64,000 nucleotides of DNA from Macrostomum lignano. Its lineage: Eukaryota. A model generated the notes under the pieces. It worked only from the letters and a program-made list of their open reading frames with translations. It was not told the DNA's origin and did no database searches. A program made the position numbers and the translations under genes. Shown here in pieces: positions 51,801-64,000 of the stretch. The first letter of the stretch is position 1; each line of letters starts with the position of its first letter. The stretch is taken from positions 1 through 64,000 of the forward strand of contig NIVC01004002.1 of assembly GCA_002269645.1 (NCBI GenBank), given 5' to 3'.

Positions 51801-53774
51801 TGAAGCCGATTCTGTCTGAAGACCAGCCATTGTCATCTTCGAATCTCTCTGACCTGCATTGAAAAGCCACGTTAACTTACAATTAAAATACTTGAGCAAT
51901 TCTTAGCTACTACCAGTTCCTCATCAAGTCAAACTGCAAGCCAGAATTACAATGCATTCGAGCCGCTTGCCGGGAAGCTCATTGGAAGCATCGCGAACGA
52001 CCACAAAAACTCGATAGTTGTTGCGCTGAAAAAGAGCGAAATGGTTCGAAATGGAGCTGCAGTTCGTGAGCAAAATCGTCAGAGAATCAAGTTGCAATTA
52101 AAAGCCCCAGCCGTACCAGCGAGCTGGCGATCACCTCAGTTGCATCGCGGCCGTAAATCGCTTTGCGGTAGTTGGTGAGGTTTCTTCGCTGGAGCGCGGT
52201 CTCCAGCTCCTGGGACGTCTGCGGGGGTTTATTCGCGGCAGCTCAGTCACTCAGTCTCAGTTCCTGCTCACACAGCAGCATTCAGGTTGAATTGATTTAA
52301 ATTGAATAAAGACCCAGTGACAGATACGGCAAAAGCAGCTGCATGGAATTATTCTGCCGCGGTAAATCCAGCAGCATTCTGCAGTAAGTTACTCACATGG
52401 TAGACCGTCTCTGAGTCGGTGGTGAGCAGTGCAAATCTGCTCCAGCGGTACCTCAGCAGAAGCTCGATTACCGGCTGCACGAACTGGCTCGGGCTGGTGG
52501 GCAGCCGGACAAAGTAGGGATACTGGGACTTCACGCTCAGCTCTGGCATCGTGTTCGAGTAGCCAATCTGCGGGTCTCCATCAATATTCATGGGCTGCCC
52601 TTCACCGAAAATCAACTGGCAACATCTGCTGTCCTTTGCAGCCATCACTAGGAGGTAAGAGCGATAACCTATTCGTGAGACGGAGACGTGGGTGATGGCC
52701 TATTTGTGAGACGGAGACGTGGGTGACGGCTTATTCGTGAGACGGAGGCGTGGGTGAGGGCTTATTCGTGAGACGGAGGCGTGGGTGAGGGCTTATTCGT
52801 GAGACGGAGGCGTGGGTGACGGCCTATTCATTTTACTATAGCTTCACGATGTACACGATTTTACTATTGCTTCTAGCACGCCAAGGATTGCCTGAGGCTG
52901 GAAAGTCAGTACTTTCTAATATCTATACGATGTGCCTAAGATTCAAGCTGTAATCGAATCCAGCGCTTTGACAGCTCAGGTTACGAAAAATTCTTATAAA
53001 GAAACCTGTTGTAAGCATCATTTTTAGCAAAACCATAAGGTCACAGGCACCATTGCGCTTCCGACAATCAAAAAATCGCATTTGACTGAACTATTTTGAG
53101 TAGCCAACCTAGAAATTCATAGTTTTGAGAAGCGCCCCACCAACCCTGCCGCTATTTTGTCGTGTCAATGGATGATGCCCCAATCCGTACTCTGTAGTTG
53201 TGTCATTAGAAATTTATTTTCACCCCTTCTTTGGACCTTGTCGTGGAACTGAGTTAAATAACTGGATGTTCTGATAGGGGAGTTTCTACTATCAAGGCGT
53301 CAACAATTGTTTGACTGCCGTCCCTCCAGTCACCTGCGGCAGGTAGTAGAACTGGGCGATGTCGGCCACGATCTGCGCCTGCTGGGAGAAGGCCGGTCCG
53401 AGGAGCAGAGCTTTGTTGGGCGGGCTCAGGTAGCCATCGAACAGAGCCTTGGCCGCGCTGCCGAGCTTGTCCTGCGGTGCGGAGTTCGCATTGAAATTTC
53501 GCCTTTTCTGATATTGGTATGATTAGTCATGCAGGTAGAGTAGCGGGATTCTCACCCCGTCAGTCACAATTTGCTGGTAGTTGAACTGCACCGCGGGAAA
53601 CAGGCTGCTCAAGTTGGTGTTGATGTAGCCAAAAGCATACCTGAAGTAGTCTGCGTCGGCTGAGAACGGAGCCTTGTCAGAGATGATGCAGAGCACGGTA
53701 GCCGCTTGTCGAGCCGCCCCAGCAACTGGCCAGAGCAGGAGGAGGCCTAAAAAGACAAATTTTTGGTGCCGCAT
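45831..53774 (-). CDS. GABA-B receptor-like class C GPCR (Venus flytrap plus 7TM), about 743 aa
   Basis: 14 in-frame exons: 53774-53556, 53471-53334, 52567-52397, 52218-52117, 52025-51951, 51223-51032, 50651-50415, 49411-49348, 49252-49175, 48776-48394, 48319-48197, 47974-47881, 46694-46456, 45947-45831. Motifs: signal peptide, LLLGPAFS, IGYSNTMPELS.KSQYPYFVR, GPVRFDRRGDR, LIKMSSPLVNNVI, FGAMLAKTWWVH, FAWETR, NDSKKIGVCVYN, LVFGTK. There is no Cys-rich domain before TM1, as in GABA-B receptors. Confidence 0.92.
45960..46362. repeat. 51-bp minisatellite (about 8 copies) in the last GPCR intron
   Basis: Unit gagatacatc(g/a)gctacagatggattaacaacagactagcggggagggggtt. Confidence 0.96.
47008..47775. 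repeat. 36-bp minisatellite (about 21 copies) in GPCR intron 12
   Basis: Unit cccaacgcctctagtcccaggctctactctgtg(c/t)gt. Confidence 0.98.
49491..50089. mobile_element. Ginger-like MITE (599 bp) with 184-bp perfect TIRs in GPCR intron 7
   Basis: 49491-49674 is the reverse complement of 49906-50089. Termini are TGT...ACA with TATA on both flanks (49487-49490 and 50090-50093). TGT ends, a 4-bp TSD and long TIRs match Ginger DNA transposons. Confidence 0.85.
52668..52828. repeat. 31-bp minisatellite (5 copies) in GPCR intron 2
   Basis: Unit (c/t)tattcgtgagacggag(a/g)cgtgggtga(c/g/t)ggc. Confidence 0.9.
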
Positions 53775-54741
53775 CACTCCGCGAGTGACTCGGCAGAATT
53801 TATGCGAGAGAAATTGCTTTTAACAGCGAAATTGCAATTTCAGTCTATCGATAAGATTTAAGGCTCAATGAATAGAAAGCTCTCCGTGGGATTCTGGATC
53901 TGAATTTATCCCCAGAGGGAAAAGCTTTAACCTGCTGCTTGAGCTGCCAGCCAATGCCCGCTCTCAGCTCAGAGGAACTGAGTGATTGTCGCAAATGAGC
54001 AACTCTCACTGGCTGAAACTGCAGGACTCGGAAAACAGTTATCTGGTCAATGGTTTAGGACTGAAGCCTGCGTATCCTCACTTCATCAGGTTTGTTAGCT
54101 GTTTCATGTCCAAATCTGCCCCACCCTGTCTTTTTAAATCCTAGCCATTTCACGAGCATAACTGCATGACGTGTCGGTAATTAGTCAGGGCCAAGTGTAG
54201 CTCGCAACAGTTAGTCTGCAATTCGAGTTGAAGGGAAATAGCGAGCCCTTAAATTGCAAGGCAGATTGATTGCAGATGAAACCTGCAGTTTTAACTCTCG
54301 TTGTCCGTAATTGCGTGGCTGCAGCTTGGCAGCTCGTTCGCATACAGCCGGTGGAAATTGTCTGAAAATTGAAAGATGCAATTTTCAGTGCTCCCAGCCG
54401 TGCAATGCTGAAACTTAAATTATTGAGCACGATGATTGTAGGGAAAGTTTCTTGTCAAATTCCAGGTTCCATCCATCTCTGGTTCGTTCCATCTCTCGCT
54501 GCTTGCACATGAGCCTTGGCTATTATAACAAGTAGTCCCTATCTGCTGTCGAACTGTTTGGCTAGAAAAATAATCGAATAACTAAATATATCCGCAGATT
54601 CAAATGCATACCGGGTGATACTATTTATACAATAAATATAGCTTATAGGTGCATGAAAATATGTACGGGGCGTCCCAGAAGTAGTGTCAATCTCGCTTTC
54701 TGCCACAAGTATTAACGTTTGTTAATTTTTTATACTTACCA

Positions 54742-57700
54742 TGTTGACAAGAGAATCCAAAGAATCGAGAATGCAGCACTTGGCCTCGCATTTGGCAGTT
54801 GTAGCAGACAACAAAATCAAAAGGGGTTCACGCCGTCTAGTCTTGCTAGGTATATTTATTCTCAATTTATTAAGTAGAAGGCGGGGTTGACACAGGCTTT
54901 AGCGAGGGCCGGTGTAAATGTGCATGAATTACTATGTACTCGTACGTTAACCAATCAGAATGGGGGGGTGAGAAAGGTGGCGTGAGGCGCGGAGGGGGGC
55001 AGGTAAAATAGGCAAATGATGAGTAATAGTACAGACGTACAATGAAATAAGCAAAACCTTTACTCTTCAATCCATACCTTCCTTTTTGGCATGAGCACAT
55101 GCCAACAACAAAGAGCACCTCGAACAAAGATCTTAGAAATGGAAACATTCAATTATTATAGTACCGCGTATTTTTCAGGAAAAAAATTAAATCGCTAGGA
55201 TGAAATACGCTCGACAAAATGACAAAGTGAAAATAGAATCAAATAATTAGGTTAGTAAACGAATCACGGGGATGCGGTAAATATTCGAACAGAATTAGCA
55301 AACGGGATTGAACCTGAAACGTAGCGTACAGTGCGATGAAATGAGCAAAGGGGATAAACGCTGAAAAATGGGAAAACTAACCGAACAGAGTATGCAAAAC
55401 CTCTTCGCAACAAACGCCAAAAAAACAAAATAACACGAAAAAACACAGAATACAGAAAACAAACACAAAAAACAGGCAACAAAAACTCCCAAAAATAGAC
55501 AGCCGACATGAAAAAACACAATGCGAGAGAACCAAACTGGATTTAATGCGCAGGGAAGCAAAACTCTCAAAAGCCAAAAAAGAAAAATGTAGCGCGTTAT
55601 CCCATCACCAAAATAGCTTGAAACTGAAAACATCGAAATTGAAACGCATGCAACGGTTAGTCGAAGTCAAGGAAATGATCGCTAAATCGCAGAATTTTTT
55701 CAATAAAGTAAAGTTTGGTCAAAAATTTCAACTACTCAGTTCTCAAGCCTTCCCTTCGTGATTGGTTGACGCAGCCTCGCAATCGGCCTCGCGGAGGCCT
55801 TGCCAACCAGCTGCACTTTCGCAACTCGCACCCGTCTCTCCGCGGCAGCCAGCAGATGGTCGCGAATCGAACTCTCTCGCCTTGCATGCAGATGCGCCGC
55901 TTTGAGCTCGAGAACCTGGTCGCCATGGTCGGATCTAATCGTCTGACCGCCGATCGTTCCTCATTCATGCTAACGACCAGTCACCTTTTGTGCATACCAC
56001 CAGCTGTCAACCTCCGTCAGCTGCTTCGCTGAAGTTCGAAGTTCGAAGAAAACGCATCGGCTGGATGGAATTCGGTCGTGACACACCTCCACTGGTCCGG
56101 ATCTGTGACAGACTTGGTCTCTCTGATGCGGTTCGCAGCAAACGGCTGGTCGACTTTAAAGGTGCACTTGTTCCAATCGCTTCTCCATTCTACACCAAGC
56201 GTCTTGATGGATGGCATCGGTGTCCTTTCCAATGTTACTTCGGCTACTGATCTTCTGGTGGCACTCTGCTCAACAGTTCTCGCGAATCGGATATCCATTT
56301 CCTGAGGTGCATGCCTGCACGCTCCCAGCGAGTCTTCAATTGGATCACCTCAGCCTCTGACCCGACCGAATCTAAACAATCGTCCATATTGGTGGAGTTG
56401 AGAACAGCGTCTGCAGCTAATGGCAGCTCTTCTTTCAGGCGTTCCGCATGCTCACGAACTACGAACTGAGCAAGAAACGGCGAGCTTGAGTTTCCGAAAA
56501 CGATGCGGTTGGTCTCAAACATTTCAACAGGCTTGCTGGAGTCCATATCACGCCATAGAAAGCTATGCGTCGGCCTGTCCTCCGGTGCCATTTCGATCTG
56601 GAGGTACATCTCGGACACATCACAAGCCCCAGCCACCGCATCTCTCCTGAAGCAAAGCAGAACGACAAACAATTCTCGCTGAAGCTTCGGCCGTGGGAGG
56701 ACCAGAGAATTTTTAAGGACTTTTCGTTCCCGCCCGCCGAGGCATCGAAGACGATGCAAATCTTTGTCGTCAGCTTGTCGAATCGAATGATCGGAAAATG
56801 CGGCAGAAAACACCTTCTGGCTGAAAACCCCTCTACTGCAACGTGCCGAATGTAGCCTTGCTGCCCATATCGCTCTAGACATGCTTGGTATTGCTTTGCC
56901 ACCTCCACATCTTTCTTCAACCGGGTCTCTGTGTTGCAAAGCCGTTTGATCGACATCTTATAGTTATTCGAGCGAATTTTCGCTTCTGGCTTCCACGGAA
57001 TTCCCACCTGGTATCGGCCGTTAATTAGTTTTAACGAAGACTTGGCTTGCTCTACTGCAGCCTGCTCGTCCGCTGTCCGATTTTGGTCCTGAGCTGACCG
57101 GATTTCTTCGACCTCCCGGAACTTTCGTAGCACTGGTGACAGCATCTCCTCGCTGGTGAAACAGAAAAAGGTGCTGGCCAAGTTTGTCTGGTGCTGAATC
57201 TGTTCTACTGGACCCACACCTGTCCATCCAAGGGGAGTCAAACGTGCCTGTGGCTACCCAAGGCCACCGCGAACTTCTCGGTAGGACACATGTAACTCCG
57301 CATGATCCACTCCTATCAGCAGTTCTATGAGATTCGGCGCATGGAGCTGAGGAAATGAAATATGCTCCAGATGTTTCCAATCCGCTGCTGTCGTCTGCCA
57401 ATCCGTGGCCTTCAGCTTCCCGGTGACGCTGTCTGTCGTTAATGCCGTGATCGGACGACTCAGACTTCCATCTACACTTTCGAGCGTCATCGTAACCGGA
57501 GCTGTCAAGAATTTCTCTGTCTGTCCGTTCAAAACGTTCACTTTCACTTGCTCCACATTGCCCTCCAGTCCCAGAACTTCAGCAATCTCTGCATTCACAT
57601 ACGTCCTTGTACTCGCGTCGTCCAACAGTGCGTTAACTTTCACAACACAGCTGCCTGCCTTGAGAACCACTGGAACAGTTCGCAGCGACGTTGCACCTCC

Positions 57701-58758
57701 ACTTCCTGCCATCATCGTTACGGCGGCTCCTTTGCGACCGACCCGACTTAGCGCTCTTTTTGACCCCTTGTGCCGGCGAATTCTTCTTCGACTCAAATTT
57801 TACTGCCTCTTCAGAATGTAGCAAGCGGTAGTGAAACCTGTTGCATTCACCGATTCCACATCGGCGTCCATGACGGCATATCCGAGCAGCATGACCGCGA
57901 GCTAAGCAGCAAAAGCATGAAATCGAATCTTCCGCAGCCTTCCAGCGATTTTCAATTGACAGCTGTCTAAATGTTGGACACTTTCACAGCTCATGTTGAT
58001 CTTGACACAGCTTGCAAGATTTTGACGGAGACGTGGTCGCGGCAGTCGCCGCAGTCTGATGAGCAGTGATAACTGAGTTACACATTTCATGGTGTCTTGA
58101 AACTGTTGCTCAATTTGATCCAGCTCGTCCAGATCTTTGTCTCGAGCTTCTTCTTTTGCTTCTTGCTGAAGGAGCTCGTCATAGAATGCGTCAAGCAGCT
58201 TCACGCACTCCTCGTGTGCTGCAGTGGCTTCATCGTACGCTTGCTGGATCGCTCCATGATCGGTGTCGCTCTGTAGCAACAGTACCAGCCGGTTTCGAGT
58301 TCTAGTTGCTGCAGACTTCGTTCTTGCTTTCACTCGTCGAAACTGTTCGATGCGAAGCCGCTCCTCAGTGCTGATCTCTTCTTCTTCATCTTCTGAGCAG
58401 CCAGTCTGCTGCTGATTCAATTCGTGGCTGGCAATTTACCTGAACCACGCTCTGCTACCAAAATGTTGACAAGAGAATCCATTAAAGAATCGAGAATGCA
58501 CCAACAAATCAAAAGGGGTTCACGCCGTCTAGTCTTGCTAGGTATATTTATTCTCAATTTATTAAGTAGAAGGCGTGGTTGACACAGCGGGGGGTTGTAA
58601 ATGTGCATGAATTACTATGTACTCGTACGTTAACCAATCAGAATGGGGGTGAGAAAGGTGGCGTTAGTTGCGGAGGGGGCAGGTAAAATAGGCAAATTAT
58701 GAGTAACAGTACAGACGTACGTACAATGAAATAAGGAAAACCTTTACTCTTCAATCCA
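54742..58758 (-). mobile_element. Internally deleted BEL/Pao LTR retrotransposon (4017 bp)
   Basis: LTRs at 58758-58464 and 55074-54742 (TGGATTG...TGTCAACA) with 5-bp TSD TACCA on both sides. PBS TGGTAGCAGAGCGTGGTT (initiator tRNA-Met type) at about 58443-58460; PPT AAAAAGGAAGG at about 55077-55087. Broken gag (57902-58420), protease ALLDDAS, RT (FLPHFPIIRFDKLTTK..IVFDAS, CDVSEMYLQI, FGNSSSPFLA, NMDD), QWR.V...HPAD; no integrase. Confidence 0.93.
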
Positions 58759-59699
58759 TACCATTTTAACTTTCAAGCACCTCTCTCAAGTCCGATTTTC
58801 TCATGTACATGTACGCTCGTACTTCCCGCTCTAGGCAGCATGCATTTGCTTGCGCACCCATGACCAGAGAAATACACACGATATACAGTGCATGAATCTA
58901 TGCTTATGCGGAAGAAAGGCATGTAGGTGGGCTGTGCAAAATGCAGACTTTGAAGGTAGCAGAAGCAGTAAAATTTGTTTCAGGGGAGCCTAAAATTTAC
59001 TAAGCAGATGAACAGAAACATGCGATCTTTGCACTCTGGAGTCTTGGCGAACTCAGCTCAAAAGTAGCTCAAGGCTGGCCGCCGGTGCGTTTCCAACTTG
59101 TCTGAAAACTCGCCCGTCGACGTCTGCATCCAATCTAAGGAGTTGCCTGTCCGGATCTTGCATTTTCTGGAAGATATTCGCTGTGCCATCCGGGTGCACC
59201 GCAGAATGGTTGACAGCATGGGGACTGGTGAAACTCAGTGTTCGCTTTGGGTCCCGCTACTTCTAACAGAGGTTTCGATGAGACAACCACTTGAGATTTG
59301 CCAAGCGAACCTGGGCTGTGCGGATAAGCTCGGCTAGAACTTAGCGAGCACATTGTCACCGGTGATTATAAGACATGGATAACTCACTTCAATTCTCTCA
59401 CCAAAATCACAGTCGTTGGTCTGGACAACGAAGGGATCGAATATCCTCCAATCAAAGCACAGAAGAGAAGATCATGCTTCTTTATTTGATTTTCATTGGC
59501 CAATGCTGACCGTTATGTACATGTGCATGTACGTCAAACTCTGACAATACAACAACAGAATACGCAGTTAGCGTCACATGGCGCGCTTCAAGGCCAGGTC
59601 GCGAATGAACGCCACGCCGCCGGCCGAATCCGGGGCGCCGGCGTCAGCCAGCAGGCAGTCGACGAAAGGCCGAGTGCGCGCCTACCCCCGCCGGTAGGG

Positions 59700-61170
59700 T
59701 GCCTGCAGCGTTAGCAGCAGCACCTCCTGCACCGGCTCTGGGCAGTACGACTCGGCGCGGATGATGTGGCATGTCAGCTGGAGTCGCCGACGGCGCAACA
59801 GGTCGCTTGGACGGACCAGCCCGGCGCTGCGATAAAAAGCCGCGTTGGTTACTCGCTCGTAGCCGATCTTGAAGGCGGCGCGCAGCAGGCCAGCGCGCGC
59901 CGCGTCAACTTGTTACTCGAGCGACTCCGTCAGCGTCTAGGTCTCGGCGTTGTACAGCAGGACGCGGTCTCGATCGCCGCCTGGAACAACGCCGCCCTCT
60001 GGCGGTCAGGTAAGGCCTCAGACTGCAGGACTGCCCTCACAGAACGAAAAGCAATCCAGGCAAGCCCGCGGCGACGCTGCAAATCCTCGCGGACGCCGGG
60101 AACCAGACCGCCGAGGCAGACGAACTGCTGACAACGCAGAAGCTCTGTCGCCTGTCCATCAGCGACTCCGAAATCGCAGCCTCGATGTCGTCCGGCACGC
60201 AGAACATGACGGTCTTCTGCGTGTTGACCACCAGGCCCACACTCGCCGCAACAGCAACTAGCTTCTCCAGCTGTCGCTGGGCGCCCTCGACAGTTGAGGA
60301 CAGCAGGGCGAGGTCGTCGGCGTAGCCAACCTTAGACCCACGCGTCACCGCAACAGAAAGCCGCGGGTCGTCGTTAGTAGGAAGAGCGGTCCGCAGCACC
60401 CAGTCCAGCACCAGAACGAACAGGAACGGTGCAAGCGTATCTCCCTGAAGCACCCCGGGAGGATCGATGTCTAAAAAGAAGTCCGATAGGCTATCCGGTG
60501 TTGAAACAGCAGCTTTCGTATCACGGTACATCGCCATGATGGCGGAAATCAGCTGCTGTGGCACGTTGTACGCACGGAGCACCTTTGGGAGCACAGAGAC
60601 CTGTCGACCGAGTCGAATGCCTTCTTGAAATCTAAGGAGATAACAATCAGGATCGATTGGCGTATCCGCGTGCTTCCTCGACGAGTCGCCGAAGATCTGC
60701 GTCACTGTGCCGCGGCTGGAAGCCGTTCTGCTCAGGACGCAGGTACAGATGCAGCACGGGCTGCAATCGCGATATGTGTAGCATCCGGTTGAAAAACTTC
60801 AGAGTGCAGAACTGAAGGCAGATACCTTGATGCTCCTCAAGCCTCGTGGTGCCCGGCTTCTTGGGAACTGCGACGATGTGCGCCGTGGTCCATTCATTGG
60901 GTGCCTCCTCACCGAAGAGCACGCGATTCATCACTCTGACGACCTCACTGGCCACACAGTAGATGCGCAGCGCCTCGATGGGCACCTCGTCCAGACGCAG
61001 CGCTTTACCGCCCGGTGATTGCTGGGCGATCGCCTCACAACGTCGGTTGTGCTGACTGGTGCTAGGCTGAAGCTCTCCTCTGCCGGCAATGGCATCTCCG
61101 GCGGCAGCGTCAAACCCTGAACAAAGTTCGATCGGCGAGACATCAGCAACGCGAGGTTTGGAGGTCACAC
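59700..61170 (-). mobile_element. RTE-like LINE fragment, copy 2 (more of RT retained)
   Basis: ALRLDEVPIEAL, HIVAVPKKPG, LRPEQNGF, GVLQGDTLAPFLFVLVLDWVLRTAL, GYADDLALLSSTVEGAQRQLEKL...VNTQKT; several frameshifts; 3' end similar to 31024-31080. Confidence 0.9.
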
Positions 61171-61899
61171 ACAGACACTGCGTTGAAATGACACCATCAC
61201 AACGCCATGCCTATGCAATATAGAGCCAGAAGGACTTAAGAAGCTCCGGTTGCCTGAAGAAGTTCTTGCCACACCCACCATATATATACCTGAGGCCTAC
61301 ATTGACATAGCTCTGTTGGACTTCGCTGTCTTCACTCGCTCAAAGCAATTCTGCCGCCAACGCAGATAATCGGGACTCATACTCAGCTGCAGTGCATCAG
61401 AGTCAGCCACTGTTCTTTGCCGATGCAATTGATTCGCTTCGACAACGCTGTCCCTGCTCTAAGGCGACTAAAACTTCGAGAAGAGGACGATTTCACCACA
61501 GACGATTAGGAGTAATTGTAAACTACATCATGGGTTCGATCTTGTGCTAACTGATGATTAGTTTGCTTGTACGGCTTAGTACGAATCAAATTTTTACAGC
61601 CTCAATTTCTCGTTTTTTGACATTTTTCGACATTAAAAGTCAAACCTAGCCAAAGATCCGACTATACGATTAACAATTTGAACTTTACAATTGACTATCA
61701 ACTCGTTCCTAAGTAGTGCAATAAGCATAAAAATCGTTGTTCGTTTTTCACGATTATGACTGTGGGCTAATTGTTTTGATTGACGATACGCTGGCAAACT
61801 TGACTTGCGAAACGGAAATAATTTCTCATGTTCCCTCTTCGTCCTTTTCGGCTTCTTAGTCTTTCGAACGTTTAGAGGAGCGCGACTTTCATTACTATT

Positions 61900-63212
61900 A
61901 TGGATTTGGATCTGGACTACTATTTCCCGTTCAGTGATGTATCTAAAACATTACAGCGAATTAATATGTATCCATTTTTCGACATATCACATTATATTTT
62001 GATGTGTTTGCTTGTTAAGGAAGATACTCCTCAACTTGGTGAGCTTGATGAAATGATTTTTTTCTTGTAAACCTTTTTATTGCTTAGAATTGAAATTTAT
62101 AATAATTTGTCTGTAAAGCTTAGATAAAATTTCCCAAAATATTAAAAGCATGGGACTATTAAAAACGAGTGCAATGAGCATTATTAATATTATGCACTAA
62201 GAACAATATAAGAGCACTTAGCATTTGTATTTTTGCTAAAATCGACCGCATACCTGCCGACAGACCATTTTTAGTATATGGATTGCTGCATACTCAGCCT
62301 ACATATTTCCTTAAAGGCAAAGCCAAAATATTTTTATAGGCTAATCTTATTTATACATCAATGGTGTCAATTATCAAAACATTTGACAAAAAAATAAAAT
62401 GATTGCACAATTATATATTTGCTAAATATATTATGAATTGAGCCTAAATTTGCTTATTTGTGTTTTTAGGCCTATGTAATAAAATTGTTTTATTATTCTA
62501 TTGTAAAACCTGCTTGAAAACATTTTAAAGAATTCATAAAACCTGCCTAAAAATTAATAAAATGCTTCTTAATTTTTCAGGTACACCAACATTTTCAAGA
62601 CATCACCCATTTGCATCTTGGCTAGCAAGCATGCTCATGTGCTTTGCAGGCACTATAATTGGTAATGGTTTGACTGGTGAACCACTAATTGTGCCCTTTC
62701 AAAACCATAGAGAAATTCTGGTAGCAACAACTGTGTGGTAAGTTATTTGCATTTATTTAAGCTTCTGGTCTTATTTGTATTTAGATGCTTGTCATTGTTT
62801 TTCCTTTTATTACTGTTATCACCACTACCTACTTAAAGTATTCCAACTTAATTTCAGTGCTAGTTCATTCTGTGCATACAAGCTTATTTACCTATCAAAT
62901 TTCCCAAATGTAGAAGTTAATGTTTAAGTGTAGAAATTTTGTTTCAATGGGCTTAGTGAGATATTACTAAGATGATATAGGAAAGTATTTAGTTTAATTT
63001 TTACAACACTAAATACACTGTTTTCAGGTATGTCCTCAACTATGCACCCTTTGACCTAGTCTACAAATTAGCTAAGTTTGCACCTGTCCATCTGGCTGTC
63101 TGCCTGTTGAAAGAAATACAGAGAACACGGAAAGTCTTTGATGGAGTGGCTGTAGGCGTTCGGCTTTATCCCCAGGCCTACTTGCTCAATGTACTCATCG
63201 GCCTTGTGAAAG
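61900..63212 (+). CDS. TMEM38: Trimeric intracellular cation channel (TRIC/TMEM38), first three exons; the rest lies beyond the window or was not recognised
   Basis: Exons 61900-62038 (MDLDLDYYF...MYPFFDISHYILMCLLVKED), 62581-62737 (RHHPFASWLASMLMCFAGTIIGNGLTGEP...ILVATTVW) and 63028-63212 (YVLNYAPFDLVYK...LLKEIQRTRKVFDGV...VLIGLVK). Phases are 1, 2, 1 and motifs match TMEM38A/B. Confidence 0.92.
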
Positions 63213-64000
63213 GTAGGCCTATGAATGGGACTGGCATGCGTGTTTCCATGCTCACTGCTGATTACTTCAGTGTCGCAATATAAAAATGAATATGTAATTT
63301 GTATGGCTGTAATTAAGGGTTTCTGGTCTGTTCTAGAAGGTCAGGCAATCGGCGCCTCTGCCTCATTGTTGCGAACTGGGTTGGCGCTATTTGGAAGAAA
63401 CTTCACCCAAACCCTTCCCTGCCTCCGGGACTCCGCCTGTTTGGTTCTTATAGCCCGTTTGTCTTGACCTTATCAGCGCTCTGCAGAAGCAGAGGCTCCC
63501 CGCCATCCACTTTCCTGCGATCGCTCGCTTCAAGGAAATCAAAGCGAAACGAGCCCCGTGGACACGGAAGCAGCAATTTCTGCAGCTAGAAGCAGCCATT
63601 GGCCAGCCAGGGGGAGTTGATTGCCTGCTGACTTGCCGCTTCAAGAGCGGGAGGGGAGCGGCTGCCCGTAGTTAACTTCCCAAATCCCTCAAGTTCTCCC
63701 ATCATTGCGGAATTCGCGGGCGGATTCGATCCCGCTTCACTCCCTCCGTGCATCTTCCCTTCAGCTTTGCCTCCCTCGCCATTGCGGTCTGCGTACTTTA
63801 ATGGCTGCGGTTCATCTTGATGGCTTTGGCGGACGCCACTGAAGTTTTGCAGCAGTCTACGGCAGCTTCGGCTGTTCGATAGCGTCTATTTTTAGCTTAG
63901 CTGACTGGCTGGTAGAGGCAGGAGCACCGCTGGCTGGCATTTAGCATCGTTAAAGTTCAAGTTTTAGCCGTGTTGGTGCATTTTCCTCCGATTAGTACTG

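Noticed and set aside
63340-63467. Fourth TMEM38 exon
   Set aside because: The in-phase translation ends in a stop after about 42 codons and lacks TRIC motifs; the region looks more like an intronic retroelement remnant on the minus strand.

Overview
Eukaryotic genomic DNA with GT-AG introns, GC-rich exons, a different minisatellite in most large introns and many decayed transposons. No rRNA, CRISPR or prokaryotic features were found. The style resembles a free-living flatworm such as Macrostomum; this is an inference, not proven. Six protein-coding genes can be reconstructed by hand: NKAP (-, runs off the left edge), a PPP1R16A/B (MYPT3/TIMAP) homolog with ankyrin repeats and a CaaX end (-, 7 exons), mitochondrial dihydrolipoamide dehydrogenase DLD (+, 5 exons), an uncharacterised signal peptide-FN2-coiled coil-TM protein (-, 4 coding exons), a GABA-B-like class C GPCR (-, 14 exons, about 743 aa) and the first three exons of a TRIC/TMEM38 channel (+). 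Mobile DNA includes three hAT-type MITEs with 8-bp TSDs, a 3.2-kb CMC-like TIR element carrying a Gypsy fragment, a Ginger-like MITE with 184-bp perfect TIRs, an internally deleted BEL/Pao element with both LTRs, PBS, PPT and TSD, LINE relics and a tRNA-derived SINE. Most notable observations: (1) the NKAP coding exon starts in frame at a splice acceptor with no Met, about 1.3 kb downstream of the PPP1R16 stop, which fits a spliced-leader-supplied AUG or an operon; (2) AT-rich blocks at the 5' ends of housekeeping-type genes are strongly enriched in the palindrome TAGGCCTA; (3) an unusual FN2-coiled coil membrane protein with a possible uORF overlapping its start codon; (4) two distant minisatellites share a 17-bp core. 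Three single-base homopolymer deletions in conserved exons are probably assembly errors.
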